Assembly: GCA_043810635.1 (NCBI GenBank)
Contig: JBDRNY010000028.1
Coordinates: 1 to 35,167, forward strand
Length of the DNA stretch: 35,167 nt
Source: Candidatus Micrarchaeota archaeon
Lineage (GTDB): Archaea > Micrarchaeota > Micrarchaeia > Anstonellales > Anstonellaceae
Direction of reading: 5' to 3'
Shown: positions 27,570 to 35,007 of the stretch, piece after piece
How positions within the stretch are numbered: position 1 is the first letter of the stretch
Layout: each line of letters opens with the position of its first letter
Notes under the pieces: model-generated
What the model was told of the DNA's origin: nothing
What the model saw: the letters and a program-made list of their open reading frames with translations, nothing else
The model's database searches: none
Translations under genes and position numbers: made by a program

Positions 27570-28001
27570 TCAATTCTTTTTTTCACCAACTATTTTTTTC
27601 TCATCATTTTTCTGCACCGGTGCGGAAGAAACTTTTTTTCCGGAACGCTCCAGCATTGCCTTCCTGTCTTTGAGGGAAAAATCCCCCTCGATAATTTCCG
27701 TATTTGAAGGCTGGATTGCAATCATTTTTTCAATCCCTTTTGCGTTTTTCCTTGTCAGCCCTTCAACATAAATAACAAGGTCGGAATAATCCGCCTCCAT
27801 AACAGTGCCGGTTTTTCCTTTCAAATTTCCGACAACCACCTTCACCTTGTCCCCTTTTCTCACAACAGCCGCCCTTCTTGAAGTGCCCAATTTCTGGCGC
27901 AATTCTTTTGAAAGGTGGGTGTGCATCATTTTTCTCCTTTTGTGCAATGGGGCCTGCGCGCGCGCCTTGCGCTGTTTTCTTGGCTGTATTGAACTTGCCA
28001 T
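27570..28001 (-). CDS. rpl24: 50S ribosomal protein uL24
   Basis: SIQPRKQRK...APLH, LSKELR, VRKGDKVKV, IQPSN. Confidence 0.96.
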   Translation of the reverse strand: MASSIQPRKQRKARAQAPLHKRRKMMHTHLSKELRQKLGTSRRAAVVRKGDKVKVVVGNLKGKTGTVMEADYSDLVIYVEGLTRKNAKGIEKMIAIQPSNTEIIEGDFSLKDRKAMLERSGKKVSSAPVQKNDEKKIVGEKKN

Positions 28002-28011
28002 CATAAGCACC

Positions 28012-28410
28012 TTACACAACTGCGGGGGATATTGCCGCAACTTTCGGAAACCTGTCTGCAACTTCCCGGGCTATTGCACCTTTGATTTCGGTTCCTACAG
28101 GAAGCCCCTGGTCATCTATAATAACAACCGCATTATCCTCAAAGCAAACCCTCATGCCGTTGGGGCGGCGGTACATTTTTTTCTGCCTTATTATAACCGC
28201 TTTCATTACCTTGCCCCTTGTGGCAGTGGTTCCTTTTTTCACAGAAACTATTACAATATCTGCCACTCCTGCTTTCGGATACATTCTGTATTTTGCTTTT
28301 GCGCCTTTTATGCCGATTATTTCCACTATCTTTGCTCCCGAATTGTCATTGCATGCCATCCTGCTTCCTATGTGCAAACAGCGGCTTATAGTAGCGCCCA
28401 ATCCTTTCAT
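28012..28410 (-). CDS. rpl14: 50S ribosomal protein uL14
   Basis: DNSGAK, VSVKKG, AVIIRQ, FEDNAVVI, KGAIARE. Confidence 0.97.
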   Translation of the reverse strand: MKGLGATISRCLHIGSRMACNDNSGAKIVEIIGIKGAKAKYRMYPKAGVADIVIVSVKKGTTATRGKVMKAVIIRQKKMYRRPNGMRVCFEDNAVVIIDDQGLPVGTEIKGAIAREVADRFPKVAAISPAVV

Positions 28411-28467
28411 ATTTATTCACCATTATTTTTTTCTTTTTCCTCTTTTATTTCATTTTTTTTCTTTTCA

Positions 28468-28515
28468 TTTTCATTTTTTGCCTTGCCGGCTTTTCCATAA
28501 TTATTTTTTTCTTTT
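28468..28515. repeat. Family C spacer repeat, copy 2
   Basis: ttttcattttttgccttgccg-gct-tttccataattatttttttctttt. Confidence 0.8.
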
Positions 28516-29006
28516 CATTTTTCCTCGTTTATTTCATCCTCCATTATTCTCTCTTCTTTTTTCGCCCTGTCTTGTTTTTTGTTTTCATCGGTTTTTTCGG
28601 ATTTTTTGTCATATTCTTTTCTTTCGGCTTTTCCTCCGTGTTTCCTCATATGGGCACGCTGGGCTTCGTCATGGGCTTTTACCTGCCCAGGCATAAGATG
28701 GCCTTCTCCTTTTTGTACTATTTCCGTGACTATCCATGCTTTTGTTTTGGATATTTTGCGGCATTCTGCTATTTCCACAACATCCCCAACTTGCGCGCTT
28801 ATTTCATCAGGGTTGTGGGCCGCTATTTTGGATATTTTGCGGGCATATCTTTTGTATTTTGGAACATATGTGACCATGTCCCTTTGCACAATAACAGTGC
28901 GCTTTGAGCGGTCTGATACAACCACTCCCTGCAATGTAAGCCCGCGGGTGGGCATTGTGGATACTCCTTTATTTTCTGCCATTAAATCAAACCCATTAAC
29001 ATTCAT
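28515..29006 (-). CDS. rps17: 30S ribosomal protein uS17 with charged C-terminal tail
   Basis: RG..LQGVVVS, PKYKRY, AHNP, GDVV.IAECRKISKTK; start could be 28982. Confidence 0.95.
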   Translation of the reverse strand: MNVNGFDLMAENKGVSTMPTRGLTLQGVVVSDRSKRTVIVQRDMVTYVPKYKRYARKISKIAAHNPDEISAQVGDVVEIAECRKISKTKAWIVTEIVQKGEGHLMPGQVKAHDEAQRAHMRKHGGKAERKEYDKKSEKTDENKKQDRAKKEERIMEDEINEEK

Positions 29007-29272
29007 TACTTCAGTTTCGCATACAACCTCTTGCTCCTTTCTTCAGGCCGCACCTGCGCAGCATTTAAATCCAATATTTTTTTGGAATTTGCTATTTGCG
29101 CTTTTGCACCTTTTTTGGGAACAACTTTTCTTTCATTTTTTTCTGTGAGCAATGTGACGGTGTTGAGTGTTTCGCGCACAATTTTCCCCTCAATTCCGAT
29201 ATTGTTCGGATTTGGGGAATTGGTTATGCGAACATTCAATCCAATCCATTCTTCAGCCATTTCAATATTCAT
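29006..29272 (-). CDS. rnp1: Ribonuclease P protein component 1 (Rpp29)
   Basis: EWIGL.V.I, GIEGKIVRET.N, VPK, RPEER; synteny. Confidence 0.92.
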   Translation of the reverse strand: MNIEMAEEWIGLNVRITNSPNPNNIGIEGKIVRETLNTVTLLTEKNERKVVPKKGAKAQIANSKKILDLNAAQVRPEERSKRLYAKLK

Positions 29273-29586
29273 CGCCTGCTCACTCCGGGCACCACAGTTA
29301 TTGAATCAGGAGCATAACCAAGCGATACCAGAAGGTTTTTCATTTTCTGCAGATGGTTTCCCTGCAAAACAACAATCCCTTCCTTCACCGTTCCCCCGCA
29401 GGCAAGCTTTTGCTTCAGCTTTTTTGCGGTTTCGGCAAGCTTGTCTTTGTCAAGCCCCTCAATAACGGTTACCAATTTCTTGAACCGTTTTCTTGTGGCA
29501 TATACCCTCAATCTCACATCTTCTTTTTCGATTGCGTCGGATATTATTTCCCTCATCAGTTCGTCCTTCGGAAATATGTTCCCCAC
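29269..29586 (-). CDS. Translation initiation factor aIF1 (SUI1 family)
   Basis: RFKK.VTVIEG, LKQKLACGGTVK, LQGNH; GTG start with SD GAGGTGA. Confidence 0.94.
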   Translation of the reverse strand: MGNIFPKDELMREIISDAIEKEDVRLRVYATRKRFKKLVTVIEGLDKDKLAETAKKLKQKLACGGTVKEGIVVLQGNHLQKMKNLLVSLGYAPDSITVVPGVSRR

Positions 29587-29595
29587 TTATTCACC

Positions 29596-29862
29596 TCATT
29601 TTTTTGCGTCCGCCTTCTTTGAAGGCGCCGCCCTCTTTATCTCTTCTTTCTCACCTTTCTTCAAATCCTCCCTTCTTGAAAGGATTGTGAGTATTCTTGC
29701 AATTGTCTTGCGGAGCTCGCGGATTCTTCCCGGGTTTTGGGAGCGGCCTCCGCCTGCAACCATCCCTTTTTCCGAATTGAGCTCTTTTCTTAATTCAAAG
29801 AGCTTTTGCTCCAAAGATTTTGAATCCATCTCATGAATTTCTCTTTTTCTTATTATTGCCAT
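29596..29862 (-). CDS. rpl29: 50S ribosomal protein uL29
   Basis: MAIIRKREI..M, NPGRIRELRKTIARILT. Confidence 0.95.
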   Translation of the reverse strand: MAIIRKREIHEMDSKSLEQKLFELRKELNSEKGMVAGGGRSQNPGRIRELRKTIARILTILSRREDLKKGEKEEIKRAAPSKKADAKK

Positions 29863-29882
29863 AAACATCATCATATAGCCAA

Positions 29883-30644
29883 CTATTTTTTCCTGTCCCT
29901 TCTGCCTCTCTTTCTTTCTTCTTTTTTCTTGTCATCGTCATCAGAGCCGCTTCCTGCAAATGAAATCGCTTTTCTGCTTCTTTGCGGCACGCCTGCCTGC
30001 TCCCCGTCGGTTATATCTGCTGCTTTTGAAATTACATTCGGCACTTCCACTTTGCTTACTTCTCCTTTGTCAGGGAAAATTGTGCCCGGCATTACAAGTC
30101 TTACCAATACTCCGATTGCCCCCGCCTTTGGATAGGCAGTAACATGGGATACGCGCACAAGGCGGGCAGGCTCTCCTGCTTTTGGAACATGACCCGCGGC
30201 AACGCGAAGAGCTTTTGCCCTTCCCCCTTTTGCTGCCAATTTTCCTGAAGCGATTATTTCCCCTCCCAAAGCTCCTGCAGACATAATATCCCGGAGGGAG
30301 GAGTGGAGTATGGCTCTGGGCTTTTTGCCCATTTCAATAAACCTGCAAACTTTTTTTGCAATAAGCCGCGGCTCTAATTCCGGCCTTTTGGATTCGGAAA
30401 CCGAAATCTGGGGATTTTCAATTTTGAAATTTTTTGCAATATTGTCTGTAAGCTCGCGTATTGTCCTTCCTTTCTTTCCAATAACCCTTCCCGGGTTTGT
30501 TACTTCCACACCTATTCTTGTAACCATGGGGGTGCGCTGGATGTCAACATGGGTAAATCCGGCTCTGTCCAACTCTTTTTCCAAATACTTGGATACCTGG
30601 TAGCGGATTATCGCCTCGTCAACAAATTTCTTTTCAACACCCAC
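29883..30644 (-). CDS. rps3: 30S ribosomal protein uS3
   Basis: EKKFV, RAGF, RTP, PGRVIGKKG, GALGGEI..SGKL. Confidence 0.96.
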   Translation of the reverse strand: MGVEKKFVDEAIIRYQVSKYLEKELDRAGFTHVDIQRTPMVTRIGVEVTNPGRVIGKKGRTIRELTDNIAKNFKIENPQISVSESKRPELEPRLIAKKVCRFIEMGKKPRAILHSSLRDIMSAGALGGEIIASGKLAAKGGRAKALRVAAGHVPKAGEPARLVRVSHVTAYPKAGAIGVLVRLVMPGTIFPDKGEVSKVEVPNVISKAADITDGEQAGVPQRSRKAISFAGSGSDDDDKKKEERKRGRRDRKK

Positions 30645-30665
30645 TTCAAAACACCTTCAATATCA

Positions 30666-31607
30666 TTAATTTGATTTTTTAGCTTTTCTTGAATTTTTCT
30701 GCTTTTTTAATATTTCGGACATTTTCGGCTTTTTTGTTTTTTCTTCCATTTTTGCATTATCAACTTTTTTCTTTTCTTCCTCTTTTTTTATTTCAACCTT
30801 CTTTGTTTCGGATTCGATTTTCGGCTTTTCCTCTTTTTTAACATCAACTTTTTTTGTTTCGGATTCGGCTTTCGGTTTTGCTGTTTCAATTTTCTTTTTT
30901 TCTTCTATTTTCTTTTCACCTAGCTCGGCTTTCGGCTTTTCCTCTTTTTTAACATCAACTTTTTTTGCTTCAATCGGCTTTGCAACCTGCTTTTCCTCTT
31001 CTTTTTTTACCACAACCGCTTTTGTTTCGGGAATGGCCGGTTTTGCTGCGGGTGTGGCTTGTGGTTTTGCTGTTGGAGTTGTTTCGGCTTTTTTTTCTGC
31101 GGGTGTTGGTTTTGCGATAGTTGGTTTTTTTGTTTCAGTTGGCTTTGCTTCTTTTTTCTCCCCTGTTTTCAATTCCCTTAGCACAATTTCAACAAATGCT
31201 GTTTCAAAATCCTGCCTGTTTCTTCTTCCTTTTGCAGCCATGCGCGGGTAAACCTCCTGCTTGTTTGCTGCAATATGAATAATTTTGCACTCCCCCATGC
31301 CTTTTGCCATTGCATTTGCATAAGCATTTTGCAATACATTAAGCACAATTTTCACGGATTTTACAGGCCAACCGCCTTTCTTTCCTCCAAATTCGCGAAG
31401 ATGCCCTCTCCTCTTATTATGCCTGAAATATCTGATAGGCCTTTTCTTTTCCAGTGCTTCTGAAAGAAATTGGATTGCCTTGTCTGCGCGCCTTCCCCTT
31501 ACATTTGCGCATACATTGCACAAATCCCGGTAGCTGGCATCCACTCGGTCAATTCGCGCGCGCGCCGTCATGGCATCTTTTTCTTTTGGCTGGTATCCAT
31601 ATGCCAT
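30666..31607 (-). CDS. rpl22: 50S ribosomal protein uL22 with ~165-aa P/A/K/E-rich C-terminal extension
   Basis: C..VRG, GWPVK, NA.ANA..KG, IIHIAA, R.A.GR, VEIVL.E. Confidence 0.94.
   Translation of the reverse strand: MAYGYQPKEKDAMTARARIDRVDASYRDLCNVCANVRGRRADKAIQFLSEALEKKRPIRYFRHNKRRGHLREFGGKKGGWPVKSVKIVLNVLQNAYANAMAKGMGECKIIHIAANKQEVYPRMAAKGRRNRQDFETAFVEIVLRELKTGEKKEAKPTETKKPTIAKPTPAEKKAETTPTAKPQATPAAKPAIPETKAVVVKKEEEKQVAKPIEAKKVDVKKEEKPKAELGEKKIEEKKKIETAKPKAESETKKVDVKKEEKPKIESETKKVEIKKEEEKKKVDNAKMEEKTKKPKMSEILKKQKNSRKAKKSN
30819..30967. repeat. 38-bp in-frame repeat in the uL22 tail (KKVDVKKEEKPK x2), period 111
   Basis: 30819-30856 equals 30930-30967. Confidence 0.85.
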
Positions 31608-31617
31608 AATTATTTCC

Positions 31618-32022
31618 CTACTTGAGCGGTATAAATTTGGAGCCTCTGGTTGCGCCTATGCCAGGGCCTGAGTGAAGCACTCTTCCTGTGCTGTGCGCAA
31701 AATCCCCTAATCTGTATCCTAATTTATCCACTGTTATTTGAATTTCCTTAAACACTTTTCCGTCATGCACTCCGAATTTCATTCCAAGCCAGGAAGGGAG
31801 TATTGGGGCGTCCCGCACATGGGTGCGGATTATTTTGTCTTTTTTTGCTTTTTTAGTTTCAATTGCTTTTTTGATTAATTTTTTGAGCTTGATATTTCTT
31901 CCTTCCATTGCCCTCTTTACCGCCCTTCTTGCGCGGCTGGTGAGAAGAGGAAGAGAATCCTCTAATGAAAGAGCTTCAAGCTCATTTTTTGACAAACCCC
32001 TGTATTTATCTATGCGAACCAT
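31618..32022 (-). CDS. rps19: 30S ribosomal protein uS19
   Basis: YRG, SRARR, IRTHVRD, HSGPGIGATRGSKFIPLK. Confidence 0.97.
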   Translation of the reverse strand: MVRIDKYRGLSKNELEALSLEDSLPLLTSRARRAVKRAMEGRNIKLKKLIKKAIETKKAKKDKIIRTHVRDAPILPSWLGMKFGVHDGKVFKEIQITVDKLGYRLGDFAHSTGRVLHSGPGIGATRGSKFIPLK

Positions 32023-32032
32023 TTATTCACCT

Positions 32033-32767
32033 TTATACTGTCCTGGTTTTTTTCCTCCCTGTTGATTTTGCTGCTATATGCCCCACTTTTCTTCCGGGCG
32101 GTGCACCCCTGCTTGTGCAGGAGCTTGTCCCCTTGTGATGCTGTTTTCCTCCGTAAGGATGGGTGTATGCATTCATCTTCACTCCCCTTACTTTTGGCCA
32201 AAGCCTGTTTTGGGCATGCTTTTTGTAATGATTTGCTCCTGCTTTTAGAAGAGGCATTTCCAATCTTCCCCCTCCGGAAAGCACTCCAAGCTCTGCGCGG
32301 CAATTTCCTTGCAATTCCACCACTTTTTTTGAAGGCAGCTTTACATATATTTTTCCTTCTTCTTTTGACACAAGCACCCCGTATGCACCGGGTGCGCGGA
32401 CCATTTTTCCGCCGTCTCCGGGGAAAAATTCAATATTGCAAATATACATTCCTTCGGGAATATTTTCAAGAGGCAAAACACAGCCCCTCTCAACCGGCGC
32501 ATCTGCACCGCTAAATATTTCATCGCCAATTGCAATTCCTTCGGGCGCGGGCAGGTGCAATTCGTCGCCATTTGTAAATTTGATATGCATTAAAATTGTC
32601 TGATGTCCGGGGTCGTCAACAAATTCCATCACTTCTCCGCGCAATTTTCCTGATTTTTCTATCTCATCCATTCCTCTGAAGCTTATTTTTGCCTTGTAGC
32701 GGTGGGAGGGGGCTCTGTATGCATTGGAGCCTTTTCCCCTTCTTTGCTGTTTCAATAATTTGCCCAT
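32033..32767 (-). CDS. rpl2: 50S ribosomal protein uL2
   Basis: MGK...QRRGKG, PSHR, DPG, PGDGGK.VR, WPKVRG..MN...HPYGG. Confidence 0.97.
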   Translation of the reverse strand: MGKLLKQQRRGKGSNAYRAPSHRYKAKISFRGMDEIEKSGKLRGEVMEFVDDPGHQTILMHIKFTNGDELHLPAPEGIAIGDEIFSGADAPVERGCVLPLENIPEGMYICNIEFFPGDGGKMVRAPGAYGVLVSKEEGKIYVKLPSKKVVELQGNCRAELGVLSGGGRLEMPLLKAGANHYKKHAQNRLWPKVRGVKMNAYTHPYGGKQHHKGTSSCTSRGAPPGRKVGHIAAKSTGRKKTRTV

Positions 32768-32776
32768 TTTTTTCAC

Positions 32777-33061
32777 CTAAACAATCTTAAGCTGAGCCGC
32801 AATATCGTCAGCTTTTCCTTCTTTTAATTTCACATAAGCATGCTTCAATCCCTTCGGGGTGATTTTGGTATTAACCCTCGCCACTTTCACTTTAAACAAA
32901 TACTCAACTTCCTCTTTTATTATTTTTTTGTGTGCATTCGGATTTACAACAAATGTTAATTGGTTTGCAAATTCTATCATTGAAATTGCCTTTTCAGTTG
33001 TAATAGGGTAGAGGAGGATTTTCCCTTCCCCGACTTTTATTTCATCTTTCTTTTGATCCAT
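32777..33061 (-). CDS. rpl23: 50S ribosomal protein uL23
   Basis: PITTEKA, NQLTFVV, LFKVKV..VNT, K.AYVKL. Confidence 0.96.
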   Translation of the reverse strand: MDQKKDEIKVGEGKILLYPITTEKAISMIEFANQLTFVVNPNAHKKIIKEEVEYLFKVKVARVNTKITPKGLKHAYVKLKEGKADDIAAQLKIV

Positions 33062-33073
33062 AAATATCATCCG

Positions 33074-33865
33074 CTATTTCTTTGCTAACTCATCAAGCGC
33101 TTTTTTTGTATATGCCGCCAGCCTTCCTGCTTTTGCGCCGGGCGCCAAGTCAAGCACTTTCAATTCTTTTGCAGAAACCACATCAATTCCCGCAATATTT
33201 CTTGCGGCATGCGCAAATTTTGATTTTGCATCCTCAACTACAAGCAAAAGGGATTTGGGCCTTCTTTTTCCGCCCTTCCTTGTGCGCACTCCGCTTCTTT
33301 TCTTTGATTTCTTTCCCCTTTTCAAATCATCATTAATTCCGATTGCATTCAGCAATTTTTGCGCAATTTTTGTTTTTTCAATATTTTCGCATGTTTCATC
33401 AAATATTATCGGCAAACTGAATTTTGCAGGCAATTTGTGCCCGCGGGCAATTATATATTCAGAAGAAGCGGTTGCGGCAAGCGCAGAACGCAATGCCTTC
33501 ATATATTCTTTTTTGTTTATTTTTTCAATAATAATTTTCTCAACTTTCGGGGGGTGCGCCCTTCTTCCTTTAACAGAAGAGGGTATCCTCCTTACTTTTC
33601 CAAACCTTCCTTTTGGAAGCACTTCCCTTGGAAGCATTGCAATTCCCTTGTTCTTTATTGAGCCATAGTCATCTTTTCTTCCCCTGTATTTTGCAGATGT
33701 TTGCATTCCGGCGCGCTTATACGGCGCTTTTGGCTGGTATTGCTTTGTCTGGTCTGAAATAGCCGCGCGCGCAATCAAACCAAGTCTTACAGGCTCTTCA
33801 AATAGGGAAGGGAGTGAAATTTCCCCGCTCTTTTTCCCGTCATTTGAATATACATCAGCTTTCAT
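33074..33865 (-). CDS. rpl4: 50S ribosomal protein uL4
   Basis: LP.LF.E.VR..LI.RA, AGMQTSA, GRRAHPP, KINKKE, LAPG...GRL. Confidence 0.96.
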   Translation of the reverse strand: MKADVYSNDGKKSGEISLPSLFEEPVRLGLIARAAISDQTKQYQPKAPYKRAGMQTSAKYRGRKDDYGSIKNKGIAMLPREVLPKGRFGKVRRIPSSVKGRRAHPPKVEKIIIEKINKKEYMKALRSALAATASSEYIIARGHKLPAKFSLPIIFDETCENIEKTKIAQKLLNAIGINDDLKRGKKSKKRSGVRTRKGGKRRPKSLLLVVEDAKSKFAHAARNIAGIDVVSAKELKVLDLAPGAKAGRLAAYTKKALDELAKK

Positions 33866-33878
33866 AAATATCATCTTA

Positions 33879-33987
33879 TTTCTTTCTTTTCCCGAGGGTT
33901 TTCTTTTCTTCCCTACAAATTGCCGAAGGCAATTTGGGGTCCCAAATCGCGAAGCGATTTGTAGGATCGTAAAGAAAGAAAAGGCTC
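33879..33987. repeat. Family A element with a family B double hairpin (33912-33965) in its loop, flanked by 14-bp direct repeat ctttcataaatatc
   Basis: T3CT3CT4-CCCGAGGG-T4CT4CT2-[B]-A3GA3GA4-GGCTC; repeats at 33860-33873 and 33987-34000. Confidence 0.88.
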
Positions 33988-34015
33988 TTTCATAAATATC
34001 GTCCATTATTTCTTC

Positions 34016-34957
34016 CTACTGCTTTGATTCAAGCGAAATCATCCTTACATCAGGCTCCCTTATTTCACTCTTTCTCACAGCCTTCCTCATCCTTACCAAT
34101 CTCTTCTGGGGGCCTGATACAGAGCCTAATATTACCAGGCATTGGTTTTTCACAATTCCATAATGCGGAAATCCTCCTTTGCAATTAACTTTTTCAGGAG
34201 AAGAAACTTGCATTATTCTTTTGTTTTTGTCCATTCTGTTGTGATAGCCCATCTGGCCTGCCATCGGAACCGTGCTTAGCACATTGCCAGGAGTCCATGC
34301 GCCCAAAGTTCCGACATGCCTTCTCTTTCCTGTAGCCTTCCTTCTTTGTATTCTTGTGCCAAACCTTTTCACTGTGCCCTGCCATCCTTTTCCTTTTGTA
34401 ACAGAAACAGTATCAACATATTCCCCGTTTTTGAATACATCAGAAGCTTTCACTTCCTTCCCTAAAACAGAATTAGCATATTCTAATTTTTCTTTCACAT
34501 CTTTGCCCCCCACCCCAATCATCATTTTCTCAATTTTCTTTTTTCCAAATCCGCATTTTTTCGGGGCGGTATAGGCAAGCACAAAAATATCATCAACATC
34601 TTCAGCTTTAATTTCATTTTTCTTTTTCAATTTCATTCCCATTTCTTTCAATATTTTATTATCATCAACAATTTTATCCTTCAAAATTTGCCCGCCCTTA
34701 AATGCGCGTATTCCATATATTATAATAGGGGGAGTTTCGACTATTGTGGCAGCACAATAAATTTCATTGTTTTTTGTCGGGGAGTCTGAATCATCTACAT
34801 AAGAAACAGTTGTCATTCCTGCCTTATAGCCCGCAAACCCCAGCAACCCCTTCTCTGCTCTGGGGGCCCAATAGCCTATGCTGGGTATCTGGCTTTTTGC
34901 CCTCTTTCTTGGGTTAAAAGCAAGAGAGCCTTTTCTTGGAAAATTGTGCTTTGACAT
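34016..34957 (-). CDS. rpl3: 50S ribosomal protein uL3
   Basis: PRKGSL.F.PRKRA, GYKAGMT, TKGKGWQG.VKR, R.VGTLG, AGQMGYH.R. Confidence 0.97.
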   Translation of the reverse strand: MSKHNFPRKGSLAFNPRKRAKSQIPSIGYWAPRAEKGLLGFAGYKAGMTTVSYVDDSDSPTKNNEIYCAATIVETPPIIIYGIRAFKGGQILKDKIVDDNKILKEMGMKLKKKNEIKAEDVDDIFVLAYTAPKKCGFGKKKIEKMMIGVGGKDVKEKLEYANSVLGKEVKASDVFKNGEYVDTVSVTKGKGWQGTVKRFGTRIQRRKATGKRRHVGTLGAWTPGNVLSTVPMAGQMGYHNRMDKNKRIMQVSSPEKVNCKGGFPHYGIVKNQCLVILGSVSGPQKRLVRMRKAVRKSEIREPDVRMISLESKQ

Positions 34958-35007
34958 TTCTATTCCCCATATTGCAATAATTGTTCTAAAGAAAATATTC
35001 CCATGCA

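Noticed and set aside
6417..33668. Numerous long plus-strand F/S/L-rich ORFs (e.g. 9567-10376, 27055-27771, 27805-28500)
   Set aside because: Antisense shadows of A-rich ribosomal genes; no motifs.
7473..33987. CRISPR array or autonomous IS/transposase
   Set aside because: Repeats are dispersed, not regularly spaced with unique spacers; no cas, transposase, integrase or reverse transcriptase ORF in the window.
33866..34006. 47-aa N-terminal extension of uL4 in the ORF track
   Set aside because: It merely reads through the A/B repeat; homology and the start motif place the start at 33865.
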